From Macrostomum lignano (taxonomy: Eukaryota), in the NCBI GenBank assembly GCA_002269645.1, contig NIVC01000754.1, positions 385,520 to 449,519 of the forward strand: a stretch of 64,000 bases of DNA, written 5' to 3'. Numbering within the stretch: position 1 is the stretch's first letter; each line of letters begins with the position of its first letter. This document shows positions 1 to 12,467 of this stretch, piece by piece. The translations under genes and the position numbers were made by a program. The notes beneath the pieces were generated by a model. That model was not told where the DNA came from. It saw only the letters and a program-made list of their open reading frames with translations, and searched no databases.

Positions 1-309
1 AGATCTTGTCGGTAAAAATTTAGTATTTTCGCGACCCATTTATAACAAAAACTTGGTCTAAACAACGATCGTATGAAAGAGATGACTAAGATGTCCTTAT
101 ATTTTGCAGTGCAGATAGTTATGAGCATATGTGACTCACCTGACTGGTTAGCTGCTTAATTATTGATTGTGAAAGGTAGCAAAATTAGCATGGAACAACC
201 ATGCGGGAGAGAGCCTCAACTATAAAATATACATTGAGAAGCATCTCGCATCGACTCAAGCTGGAATTCAGAAGAGCAAAGACTGCACACTGAGTAACTG
301 ACCAGGCTG

Positions 310-1230
310 ATGGGGCGAAAACTTTGTACTGCTGTTGTACTCACTGCTTTGATCCTGATTTTCCTGACTGCTCAAGCAGACCAGTCGTCGGGTAAGCAAG
401 TTTTGTATGTTTAGGTTGATGTAGAATGCATAATACGTACGATTTGCATTTACAAATTTACACCTGATTTCAAGCTTCTTGTGCTGTACAAGAACTGCTT
501 CATGCACTCAGCACCAATATGTTGGTGAAACATAAACCATTCAGTGATCTACAAATCCATCAGTGACCCACCGATCTGTCAGTGACCCGATTCTATTCAC
601 TGAGTGACCTCAGATCTGCAATGACCCCCATATCCTTCATTCAGTGACCTCATATCATTTAGTGACCCCAATATCATTCACTCAGTGACCTCAGATCTTC
701 AGTGACCCAAATATCATTAACTCAGTGACCTCAGATTCATCAGTGACCCCAATATCATTCACTCAGTGACCTCAGATCTTCAGTGACCCAAATATCATTA
801 ACTCAGTGACCTCAGATTCATCAGTGACCCCAATATCATTCACTCAGTGACTTCAAATCGTGCTACTCCATCATCCAGCCGCAGTTTGCTTCACGCTGTA
901 CCTCAGCCGAGCCACAAGCTTGGCAACGCGTCAGCAGCTGCGGGTGCAGTTCTGCGGCCAAGCCGACTCCATGCTGGCTTTTGAATTTGCCGACGAAATC
1001 GTTAGCGGAGGTCGGCCGGGAGCTGGCCTGAGACTGCGGCTGCCAGCGGGGGAGTTCAGGGCCAACTTCAGCCTCAGGGCGTGTCGCTACACAGTTGCCT
1101 GGCTTAGCGGCTTCCAGGTAAGCATCGGCGAATCAGTCAGTCAGTCAGTCAGTCAATCAATAAATCTATCTATCTATCTATCAATCTATCTATTTATCTA
1201 TCTATCTATCTATCCATCTATCTATCTATC

Positions 1231-1290
<60 letters not shown>

Positions 1291-1291
1291 C

Positions 1292-1331
<40 letters not shown>

Positions 1332-1605
1332 GTCTGTCTATCTATTTGTCTATCTATCTATCTATCTATCTATATATCGATCATCTATATATCATATTAT
1401 ATCAAGTTTTTAATTTACTACTTTTACTACTTTTTCTTTCAGACCTGTTTCTAATACCCAATGAAAAGAGCGAATTTCTTTGGTGGGCACTACTTCAAGT
1501 AAACTGTGTGCATGTCACAGTGGCTCGCTGGTCTATTTTCTTATTTCTTTTCTTTTTTTACATCTTCAGGCCCGTAGGCCAGTTACTTCATTGGAATATG
1601 ATTAA
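310..1605 (+). CDS. Small putative secreted protein (~118 aa), unknown function
   Basis: Exon 310-391 encodes a signal-peptide-like [23 protein letters not shown] and ends G|GTAAGC (phase 1). Exon 879-1117 is phase 1 in and ends CAG|GTAAGC. Last exon 1570-1605 ([11 protein letters not shown]) is followed by AATAAA at ~1613. No family recognised. Confidence 0.55.
545..850. repeat. Intronic higher-order tandem repeat built on TCAGTGACC
   Basis: Alternating 40- and 41-bp subunits start at 681, 721, 762 and 802; each holds two CAGTGACC cores. Confidence 0.85.
1132..1400. repeat. (TCAG)n/(TCTA)n microsatellite in intron
   Basis: Directly visible. Confidence 0.95.
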
Positions 1606-2055
1606 CCACTGAAATAAATCTGCCATTAAAGTAAAATGCTTTAAAGTAACGCAGCATGAAGTTCTTTGTAAATCTGCAATGCGACTGAGTTTCATTCAAA
1701 AGTTTTGTAATATACAGTACTGTATGTCATGCAGTTACGGGCCCACTCATCATTGCAAATCAGCTCAATTGATGCAGCTCTAAATGAATGTACGGGCTGG
1801 GCTGTACATTGGATAAAGAGATAAGAGAGACAAAGCTGCATTATCCTCATCTGAGGCTCGCCTGCAGCTTGGAGAGCAACTTTTGGGAAAAGAGAATATT
1901 CCTGGCTTTTATTTCCTGGCTGGTCATAAACTCTTCTTCCCCTTGTCCTGCGGTTGTCGTAGCAACATGGGGATGAGGGGACACGAAGCGATTGAGGAAA
2001 TAAAAAAGAGAGGCCCGCTGGCTCATGAGATGCGGTGTGGCACCCCGAGGCCGAG

Positions 2056-4072
2056 ATGACAGCCCAGCAGCTGCAGCAGCAGACGTCTGCTCTTGCTCAA
2101 GCAGAACGTCGCAATAAGGCGGAGTCTGAGGCCCTGCAACATCGCCTGAGCTACCTGGAGTGGCGCCAGCGCGGCCTAGTCACCAGGCACAACTTCCGGG
2201 CAGACGATCTGCGAAGGAATGCCAAGATTTTCGACTACACTTCGGGTAAGCTTTGCAGAGTATTTTGCGATGCCTTTCCTAGCAATCGACTGTATAGTCC
2301 GACACTATATCTTTCCGACACTGCATATCTCCGACACTGCATATCTCCGACACTGCATATCTCCGACACTGCATATCTCCGACACTGCATATCTCCGACA
2401 CTGCATATCTCCGACACTTCATATTTTCGACACTGCATACCTTCGACACTGTATATCTCCGACACTGCATATCTCCGACACTGCATATCTCCGACACTGC
2501 GTATTTCCGACACTGCTTATCTCCGACACTTCGTATTTCCGACACTGCATATCTCCGACACTGCATATCTCCGACACTGCATATCTCCGACACTGCATAT
2601 CTCCGACACTGCATATCTCCGACACTGCATATCTCCGACACTGCATATCTCCGACACTGCATATCTCCGACACTGCATATCTCCGACACTGCATATCTCC
2701 GACACTGCATATCTCCGACACTTCATATTTTCGACACTGCATACCTTCGACACTGCATATCTCCGACACTGCATATCTCCGACACTGCATATCTCCGACA
2801 CTGCGTATTTCCGACACTGCTTATCTCCGACACTTCGTATTTCCGACACTGCATATCTCCGACACTTCGTATTTCCGACACTGCATATCTCCGACACTGC
2901 ATATCTCCGACACTGCATATCTCCGACACTACATATCTCCGACACTGCATATCTCCGACACTACATATCTCCGACACTGCATACCTCCGACACTGCATAT
3001 CTCCGACACTGCATATCTCCGACACTGCATATCTCCGACACTGCATATCTCCGACACTGCATATCTCCGACACTGCATATCTCCGACACTGCATATCTCC
3101 GACACTGCATATCTCCGACACTGCATATCTCCGACACTGCATATCTCCGACACTGCATATCTCCGACACTGCATATCCGTGACAGGCCTAACCTTCGCCC
3201 TAGCTCTAAAGGAAGTATGAAGTGCCGAAGTTATGAGAGAAGATACGAAGATATGGAGATGTGTAATTTTGGAGATATGAAGGGTCGGAGGTATGAAGTG
3301 TATGCCATGAAATTTTGGAGAAATTAAACTCCTTACTTAGAAAATGTCGAATTTTTATGTCGAGGCTGGTGGCCTGGTGTTAGGGAGATTTTCTGTTCTA
3401 TCTCAAGTTTTTAGCTGTCCATGTTTCGAAGTCCTAGCAGAGTCCTAAGCGGATAAATGAGAATGAGAAACAAAAACCACTCTCAATATTCAATGCTCAA
3501 TCAGGTGAATGAAAGGCCCGAGTCAACTCATGACGCACTCAATTCCAACAGGCAGCAGTCACTGCTCGGAGGCCTGTGAGTCAAAGCCCAGCGGCTATCC
3601 TCAGCTGCACGTCAGGAAGGACTACTCAACGCCCAAGCTGATGAGTTCCAGCGGTTTCCAAACCCCGGAGCCAATCAAAGAGCAGTCAGGACAGCAGCGC
3701 ACTCTCAAATGGGACTCAAAGTGCGCCCGGACTCTTGCCGAACCCGCTCTAGACGAGCAGCTATTCTCCATGGCCAACATGCGACGCTGGAGAAGCCAGG
3801 GCGGTTCGGGTCTCGGTCGTCAGGCCAATCACCTTCATCTGCCCAGCCTGGAAGCCATCAACGAAGGTGCCGCCGTTCGTAGCTACCGACTCAGCCGACG
3901 GAGAGCTCAATTCTTGGCAACCAGGGCGCGTCACTGCTCTGGACGGTTGCGCCTGCTTGAGCTGAAGAAGCGACAGGCAGTTGCCGACCAGGCCGATGCT
4001 GCCTCCACAACCAGCGAGGTCGAACTGCTGCCGAAATTGAAAGGCTTTGGAGAGCTGATGAACCTTCGCTAG
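2056..4072 (+). CDS. Two-exon orphan protein (~236 aa) with a Q/E/R/A-rich, coiled-coil-like N-terminus
   Basis: Exon 2056-2245 ends TCG G|GTAAGC (phase 1). Acceptor TTCCAACAG|GC at 3552 joins in frame to ORF 3509-4072. No recognisable domain. Confidence 0.5.
2299..3180. repeat. 16-bp minisatellite CCGACACTGCATATCT (~55 copies) filling the intron
   Basis: Directly visible; generates the spurious ORFs at 2035-3327. Confidence 0.97.
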
Positions 4073-4770
4073 ACAGTCCATATAAGCGTCTGAAGCTCGT
4101 GCAAAACAATTTTAAGCATAAGGACACGGGTTTTCATTGTATTAGCGCGATAGTAACATTGCCCAGTTCTTTAGCACTAAATTAAACATGACTCGACTAA
4201 TACACTTTCGAGTTAAGAATAAAACAACTGTATGTGTTTCGCCAAATAAAGTCAAAGAAATATTGTTGGAGTTAAGGAATAGTTGACTGCAGGAGACAGG
4301 AAACATGTACGCTGTGTTAGTATACATGCAGGACGAAGCGTTGGATTTCGCCATAGACTAAATCCATCGAAATGCGCTATGATAGAGACAGGAATTGAAG
4401 AGAATCAACTTTAGACATTCCGGCAAGTTTTGCAATGAAGTGAGTGAGTGCAGAGTTTGTCTATTTGGGTTTTTTAATACAATGCGTTTGAAAAAAAATT
4501 TTGTGTGTTAGCAGATAAAAGAAAATACGAGCTAAATTATATACTCGCTTCACACCTCATTTCCACAAAAAAATTCTCATAAAGACTTGTTGATATTTGT
4601 TATCTGCAAAGCTGCTAAAGTGAAAATGATGGTAAGAATCGAGAGTGCTAAACTGTGCGTTACGGGTTAGAATACAGAGTCAGACCATTTTGACAAAAAC
4701 ATTTCGTTGTCATTAGTTGTGTCGATGTATCAGAGGCGAGACTCAGTAAGCCATACACAGCATCCGGAAT

Positions 4771-6548
4771 CTACTTCCTCGCTGCGTTCATCGCTCGTGC
4801 ACGTCGCAGATGCATCTCCTCGTCGGGAGCCACCAGACTGTGCCAGCAGCACTTCGACACCGCCTGCTGCTGCTGCTGCGCCTTTGACTCGGTGATGCTC
4901 AGCCAGTGTTCCCGAGCTAGTCGGAAGCGCCGATCGCTCTCGCCACTCGCTCCGTCATCATCGGCTGAAAGCTCAACCGAGCCGACCGCTTGCTTACTGC
5001 GCAGGAAGTCGCTGACGTGCACCAGGCTGAGCCGGAGGGCGCAGTGCCGAAGTCGATCAGCTGGCATGGCTGGGAAGCTGAACTCCTCGTTAAAGTAGGG
5101 GTTGCGGCTCTTATCCACAGTGTCGCTCCGTTTGACGTGGATCGGTCCGTTCGGCTCCATCAGCATCAGCTCAACGTAGGTGTTGGGCAGGTTGTGCTTG
5201 TCCAACTGTCCGTCGGACTGTTTCAGGTGAACACCTGTAGGTTTATTCAGCAATTTAATAAACTTTCTGCTGCATAGAATGACTCAGGCTACTTAATTAG
5301 GTCACATTGCCTAAACAGGGTAAAAGCTACATTCTGCAAAGCTCCTATCGCAGCTATAGGGGATTAGGGTCGCAATTTAGTCTAGAAAATGGGAGTTTAG
5401 AGTGTTCAGGCTCGAGTTGTCTCTGGCTTAAAGTTTCTACTCCATATACTTTCTGGGCCAGTGCCAAAGTTCTTCACACCTTTGCACTCGATAACTCGTA
5501 CCATCAGCGGCGCTTCATCAGCGCCGCCCCGACGCAGCAGCACGCAGATTTCGCCTGGGCCGCAGTCTGCCGCCAAGCCGCGCTTCAGCCTGCGGCGGAA
5601 CACGTGCTTCTCATCCGTCGCAGTGTTGAGCAGCAGGTCGTCGATCTCATTTCCGTAGCGCCGATCCTCCAGATTGTGCCGGCACCGGGCCAGGAGCGCC
5701 GGCTCCTTGGACACTTCGTCGCGGTCGTAAACTTCGAACTTCACCGCGGCCTTGGTGAGGTCGGCCTTGGCCAGCTTGAAGCTGCAGGGATAGTTGAACT
5801 CCGGACTGGTTGTGCCTCGCTCCACAGGCGTGGCGATTGCCTCCGTCTCGCTCAGGGCAGCGCCGGCCCCGTCCTTGCTCACAATCCGGACCAGAATATA
5901 AGGGTTGAGCGTGCCCGATATGTTTCTAGGCAGATCTGTGCAGCCTTTCACAAGCACGGTGAGTTCTTCAGTATCCTGGTTGTAGGTCATCAGGTACCGG
6001 ATGACACCGTAGGGCGAGGGGCAGTCAGCGATGGCGGCCTCCTGGCAGAGTGAGCCGCCGTCGGACGAGCCGTCTCCCAAATCGGCCTTGCCACCGGATG
6101 AAAATCCTTTCCGACATGGGCAGTCGACGCTGTTGCACAGCGGCGTGCAGACGATGCACAGAAGCACCAGGACGACAAGCGACACGCATCCGGCGGAGAT
6201 GCTGGCGATGAAGAATGGCTTGGAAATCCACCAGTACTTCGGTTTCGATGTAGTCTTGCCCCGTGATTTCGTTTCAATTGGCGACGCACTGCCGATGGCT
6301 GATTCCGTAGATCCGTTGATGCGGCTTGTCGACGATGATTTCAAAGCACTGGTAACGATGCTCTTCAGCTGGAGCAGTTGCTCTCGCTGCTTCCCGGTGG
6401 CATGGTGCTTGACGGGAGTCGGGACAGGAGTTGAGTACTCCAGCTCACATGTCACCGGTTGCGCGATATGAACGATGAAGAAAATCAAAAGAAATAGTTT
6501 AAATCTGCTGAAAACTCTAACAGAGTTTGTCAAAGGTGGCTTCACCAT
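4771..6548 (-). CDS. Synaptotagmin-like protein (~520 aa): hydrophobic N-terminus, TM helix with Cys cluster, two C2 domains
   Basis: Exons 6548-5450 (GAA A|GTATAT) and 5234-4771 (CTACAG|GT) are phase-1 compatible. C2A: GVIRYLMTY..LNPYILVRI..TTSPEFN..VKFEVYDRD. C2B: NTYVELML..KSRNPYFNEEFSF..GSVEL..REHW..WHSL. Confidence 0.8.
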
Positions 6549-7932
6549 CTTCTAATCCGAGTCTTGACAGCAGAATCTCTTTCACTGCTTTGAGAGTTTA
6601 CGCTTTTATGACAAAGATTTCTTTACCTTGACCCATTCAATATCAGCTAAAATTGGACTGCCTAAAGGTAGATGCTTGAATGAAGCGAAGAATCTAAATA
6701 ATATAGACTTTATTGTGCTCTGGCCCAGATGCAGAAAGTTGTTGCAGTATAAATCTCAAAATTCTTCTCTTATTGTCCAGTCCACCTAATTTGCCTATCT
6801 TGAGTGTCTCAGACCTCGACTGGGCCTGGCTGGCAGCGCAGCGACAAAAGAAGCACGTTAAAGCAGAGCAATGTGCAGAGCTGCTCAACTTTTCCGGCCC
6901 ACTCCCCCTTATTTACATTTACGCCCCACTGCGCCTGCATACCTGCAATTGTTGCTAGTTTGAAGCAACCTCGTTAATCTAAGCATGCTGCTTGTTGTTT
7001 CGCCGACAACTTAAAAAACGAATATTTTACTACTAGTAGCGTATATAAAATACATTTTCATTGTCTTTTGGGATCGTGGGAAAGAATCACTGTAGAACGA
7101 TGGTTTCGCAGGGAAGTGACTTCGAATGAATTCAATATTGCTGAGTATTTGGCTGCCTATCCTTAACTCTTCTTAACTGTCGTGCGATTTACACCCATAA
7201 AGACACCCTACAGCCCTCCTCGAACATGATTACTAGCCTAAAGCTTCTGTCCTTACGTTTGTGGAGTCGTGGATTCGTGTGGATTCTTGTGGAGAACGTG
7301 TGAATTCTACCTCCGTCAGTCAGGACAGCCTACCTGATCTCTGAAAGAATCTGCGGCGTTGCTTGCAGGGTTGCCCTTCACTCTATGAGAGCGGTCCTGC
7401 AGTCTGAGGCGCTACCAAACCACCAGAGGTTGGTGGTCCAGACCGTCTTGTTTTGCAACAACGATGAGATTTTGGGGCCGACGGACGTCGATCTTTGGGC
7501 ATAGAAGTCACGGCAAGTCACACCGGGCTGGTCCATCTAATCGACCTTTTCAAGCTATATCAACTGCTTCTAGTCCTCCTAAAGTCTAAAATTTGAACTT
7601 CAATTCAAACATAGATTCTATTTCTGTAGAATTAAATTGTCTGCATCAGAAAATCAATTCCAATCCAGTCCTATCCAAGAATTAACCACATAAAGAGACA
7701 ATCCGGTGTGGAGCATGTACATGTAGATAAACACAGACTTCTTCAACACGACTACACTACTGCAGTTAAGTAGCAACATGAGATTGTTTATGACTGCGTG
7801 TTTCTCATACTAGACATATACAATAGAGTCTATAAAAGCTTGAGCAGTCAAAAGCCTCCGCTCTCAGCTCAACACCAGGCAATAGCAGTTCAATTTTTCC
7901 TCTCGAAAAAATCCGCTTGTTTCCAAACGATA

Positions 7933-10900
7933 ATGGGCTCTGGTAGCTCAGTAAATTCCCAGGTAAGAAGCTTATGAAGCACGTCTAAGTACCATTCTTT
8001 TACAATAGTCAAGATGTATTAAAGGTATAATGCTATTTGAGGATCGTTATTACAGGCATATTGCCGTTTGAGGATCGTTAGTACAGGCACAATCCCGCTT
8101 GAGGATCGTTAGTACAGGCACAATCCCGCTTGAGGATCGTTAGTACAGGTACAATGCCGCTTGATAATCGTTAGCACAGGTACAATGCCGCTTGAGGATC
8201 GTTAGTACAGGTACAATGCCGCTTGAGGATCGTTAGCACAGGTAAAATGCCGCTTGAGGATCGTTAGCACAGGTACAATGCCGCTTGAGGATCGTTAGCA
8301 CAGTTACAATGCCGCTTGAGGATCGTTAGTACAGGTACAATGCCGCTTGAGGATCGTTAGAACAGGTACAATGCCGCTTGAGGATCGTTAGTACAGGTAC
8401 AATGACGCTTGAGGGTCGACTGACGAAGCTCTTTTTAGAACGTATCATTCTTTCGCTTTGAATCTTAAACTTTATTCTTAGGCAAAATCTGACACGGTTG
8501 ATGAGTCAGCAGCCTTGCAGCGACTCGCTAAGCTTGTCATTCAAGGCGACTTTGGACAAGTGCGACAGCTGGCGATGCGCCGGTTAGTAAAGTCAAAAGA
8601 TGGAAGTGGACGCACCGTTTTGATGCTAGTGGCTGACACTCGTGGAACTCCTTTGCAAGCTGAAAAGTGCATCTTGTACTTGTTTGAGCTCGGCGCGGAT
8701 CCTAAAGCATCTGACGCAGAGGGCAACACGGCTGCTCACCTGGCAGCCCGCCGGGACCACGTGCGAGTGCTGGCGCTGCTGCCTTTCGAGGCGAAGTGGC
8801 TGCAGAACGAGCGGGGACGCACTCCGCTGATGGAGGCGGTGCTTTTTGGCAGCTGGAAATGCGCCAAGCACCTGCTGCACCTGCTGAGGCAGGAGAGGTT
8901 CATAGACGAGTACAGAGGCGTCAGTACAGCACGACAACTAGGCAGGTTTCTAAAGGCCAGCTACACTGGCGATATGAGTCGAAACCCGATGAGGCAGAAG
9001 TTTTTTGGAATGAAGGACCAAAATGGTCAGACGGCGCTGGAGCTGGCGAAATTCAAGGGCTACTCAGAGCTGGCCAGCTATATAGAACGGTGAGTGAGTC
9101 TGGTGTGTAATCTGCCCTGCTTTACTTTCTGGCTTTACAGAATATCATTCTCAAGAATAGCTGGTTTTGTCAATACGAGCGTATAACACGAGATTTTTTG
9201 GATTTTTTCTGCAGCGAGATGCGTCTGGATGTGGTCGCGATTGGGTTAATCAACGGTCTGACGAAGCAGGTAAGCCTCGTTCGCTGGTGCGTGTCTCTTA
9301 TTTACCATGTGGCAATGCATCTACTACTTAAGGGATCGGCAAACTTTTTTACCTCAAGGAAGGGCCAGATAAAGAACCTAGCTGCGGTCTAGATGAGAGA
9401 GGAAATGAGATAATAGATGAGGGAGAAGATGGGGAGAGAGGAGAAAAGAGAGTTGAGAAGAAACCTCCTGATCTACTTAACGTCGATTTCCTGTTAACTA
9501 ATCGCTGCAGGAAGAGGCCGACAGAGAGAAGCTGGAGTGCCTGGCCCGGGAGGGCAACGTGGCGACGCTGCTGCGGCTGGTGACGCGCGCCAACTGCGAT
9601 CTGCCTAGCAGAGCCGGTCACACCATGCTGATGCATCTAGTTCGGAGTGTCGAAATTGAAAACGCGTCCGTTTGGAAGCAGCTGCTGAACCTGGCTGACC
9701 CAACCTGCGCCGATATAAATGCCAACACCTGTGTGCATCACGCAGCCGAGGCAGGAAACGACTCGGCGATTGTCGCACTGCTAAATGCAGGAGCCGCCGC
9801 CAATGCCACAAAGGACAACGGCGAGACTCCCCTGATCGCGGCAGCCTCCAACACGCCCATTCGAAGAGCCTTCTTGACAGGGTGGTTCCTGTTGGCTGGA
9901 GGCGCCGATTGGAGTCTGAAAGACTCCCGTGGCTGCACTGCCTATGAAATTGCCCTCGAATATGATAAGGAGGATCTGACCGACTTACTGCAACCGTGAG
10001 TTTACATTTACCGCTCTTTATGGGCAAGTAATTTGCTCTGAAGGTGTTTCTACGAGCGTAAGTTGCCCTTGACTTCACTTGCTGATCGAAGTGACACGGG
10101 AAGATATTAATATAACAATCAAGTTCAATATAGCTCGCATGACCTGCAACATCGAAAAGTCGCCATCACAGAAGATTCCGTCTGTGATCGCTACTTTCGA
10201 AAGCGCTGGTAAAGTCTCAATCTTTGCGAGTGACGCAACTCAGCTACGCCACGGCAGACTTGAGTTGAGGAATGAAGTGGGGGGAAGCGGTGTGCGAGGG
10301 TTGGACGGATTAAAGCTACCCGAGTGGCGACGTTGCTATGTTGCTGAGTATATTTTAGGACTTTCGGATGTTTTAGTACATTTCCCATCGAAAAAAGGTT
10401 ATCAAAGAGTTGATTTTGTACTTGGCTCATATTGTCCAACTGCAAAACTGCTTGACAAATCTAACGTGCATCAGTAACAATTACCTTTTCGCTTGCCTGT
10501 TTCAGGTACCAATCGAAAAAATTCTTTGACGAGACTCCGAATCTGCCGTAAGTGTTGATTGAGATTTGTCTTGTACTTATAGCTCGTACTAGTAATTTTA
10601 AGTATAGGCGGATTGTTTAGAACAATGCTCTCATCCTTGTAGATGGAAAACGCGGCGAGGAGCTCAGACAGACGACATCTGGGACGAAGATGAGAGCTGG
10701 CAAGTCATACTACTGCAGATTGAGAGTTGGACCAGTGAAGGACACTCTGGTTTTATAGATTTATGCGACCTATTTCTAGATTCAGAAAGCTAAAAATTGA
10801 TAAAAAGCAACAGGTTAACGAGTATAGTTAGTACTTGAATTTAATCTGATTTAATCAATTTCAGGTCGCCTGAAAGAGCGGAATTTCCGGAAGTTCAGCC

Positions 10901-12467
10901 GTCAACAGGCTCTCAAAGCGGTGCTACGACCAGACAGACGAACTGGTAAGCCACGAGGTCTCGCTTGCTTGCTTAAATGTACTATTGGATTTTTTATTTG
11001 AGACATCGTCGAGACTATAAATAAGGTCTAAGTTAGGCTTAGTGTTCTTTTATTGGCTTAAAAAGACTGAATCTGAGGAAGTCCATAGACCCGAGGAAGG
11101 CCAATGATCTAATGAAGTCCATAGATCTGAGCTATGGAAGCCCATAGACCTGAGAGGAAGCCCATAGATCTGAGGAAGCCCATAGACCTGAGAGGAAGCC
11201 CATAGACTATAAACTTTTAAATCTGTGAAAGCAGCTTTTCTCGTGAATAAATTATATGAACCCACGAAATTATTTTACCTTTTTATAAAAACTATTAGGT
11301 ATATAAATAATAAAATATAGAAAAATATATAAGGTTGGAGAGAATTTCTCGGGTTTGGTAATATATAATTCAGTTTCAATCGCTATGCCCAATTCCAGGA
11401 GCGAAGAGGAGTTCTACCCAGTTACGAACCGCAGGGATTCTGCATCATCATCAACATTGGCAAATACGAAGAGTTAAAGCACAAGGAGGGAGGCACAGCC
11501 ATCATCGATCCAGAGATACGTGAAGGATCGGCGAAGGATGTGCAGCTAGTGAGACAAGTATTCGAGGAGCTTCGTTTCATTGTCAAAGTTCGGGAAGACC
11601 TCAAAACTCAGGAGATCGACGACTATCTCAATGACGTAAAGAGATCAGAGGAGCTCAACAAGCACGGCAGTTTTGTCTGCTTTTTAATGGCTCACGGCAG
11701 CCACGACTGCATCTACGGAGCCGATTGGGTTCCTTATCCCATCGATAGGATCGTTGATAAATTTCAGGTAATTTAAAAATGCAGATTTTTATTGACAAAA
11801 ACTACGGTAATTAGTCTACCAGTCTTATTGTCGTCAATGGTAATTATTTGTATTGTACTTTTCTGAGTATCTGGGTGGTCTTAAGCGGGTTGAGGGACGC
11901 TACACAATCGCAAAAAATGTGTAATTTGTTACTCTAGGGAAAAATCTGCAAACTAATTTTCACGAATTCGCTGTTTCAGTCCTACTTCTGCCAGGCTCTG
12001 TCCAGGAAACCGAAAATCTTCTTCATTCAAGCCTGTCGCACCAACACTTTAGCCGCTGCACGCTCCACCATTCGCTCCGACCGAGTCCCAGCCATGGGAC
12101 AAGGCCAGACTCGCTCCACTCAAGAAGCTGGAGAGTCCAGCGTGACCTTCGATGCAGCCGCACTTGCTCCCCTGAGAAACCGAGACTTATGTCCGGCCGA
12201 AGGCGACTTTCTGCGCTGTTTCGCCAGCACACCGGGCTCCGTCGCCATAAGAGACACCCACAGGGGCTCGCCATTTGTGCAGATTCTTTGCCGCTTCATG
12301 CAGCAGCACTACAAGGTGCACGACGTGTCGCACATCATGACAAAGTAAACAACTTTCTGCAGAAGAATTCTGTTGAGACCGGCGATGGCAAGTTGCAGTC
12401 TATTGTGACGCAGAAGGTGGACCAGCTGGCACGCCGGGTCAGCTTTGATCCCAGCAGGGCCAGCTAG
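7933..12467 (+). CDS. Ankyrin-repeat-caspase fusion (~738 aa after correcting two 1-nt frameshifts), N-terminal MGSGSS myristoylation motif
   Basis: Exons 7933-7962, 8482-9089, 9215-9269, 9511-9995, 10506-10547, 10643-10699 (GC donor), 10865-10945, 11399-11767, 11980-12467, all phase compatible. About 8 ANK repeats (GRTVLM, GNTAAHLAA, GRTPLMEA, GQTALELA, GHTMLM, NTCVHHAA, GETPLIAA, GCTAYEIA). Caspase motifs GFCIIINI, REGSAKD, FLMAHG, KPKIFFIQACRT, DFLRCFASTPGSVAIR, GSPFVQ. Frameshifts at ~11430 and ~12345. Confidence 0.8.
8037..8415. repeat. 31-bp minisatellite GCCGCTTGAGGATCGTTAGTACAGGTACAAT (~12 copies), intron 1 of the ANK-caspase
   Basis: 31-bp period seen directly (8101, 8132). Confidence 0.95.
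11070..11210. repeat. Short intronic tandem repeat (GAGGAAGCCCATAGACCT-like)
   Basis: About 7 degenerate 18-20-bp copies. Confidence 0.75.

Noticed and set aside
2035-3327. Long repetitive ORFs here and at 17524-18412, 20068-21559, 22701-23192, 26256-26678, 37621-38366, 40205-40858, 41381-42204, 44281-45137, 49445-50833
   Set aside because: They are translations of intronic or intergenic mini/microsatellites, often open in several frames and on both strands, and flanked by splice sites of the real genes.
4892-6471. Plus-strand ORFs overlapping the C2 gene, and similar antisense ORFs over HMGCL, GUF1, the GPCR and the MACPF gene
   Set aside because: They are shadow ORFs of GC-rich coding exons on the opposite strand or in alternative frames.
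7360-7535. GC-richer block with a ~52-codon minus-strand ORF (MDQPGVTC...)
   Set aside because: Too short, with no motif or splice support.
10079-10477. 132-codon ORF inside an ANK-caspase intron
   Set aside because: It has a non-ATG start, no recognisable motif and no convincing phase-compatible splice sites; left unassigned.
11399-11440. Alternative phase-0 reading ERRGVLPSYEPQGFC that avoids the first caspase frameshift
   Set aside because: The upstream exon has a stop in phase 0, and the phase-2 reading WSEEEFYPVTN matches the paralog's WLDEDYYKVTNPQ.
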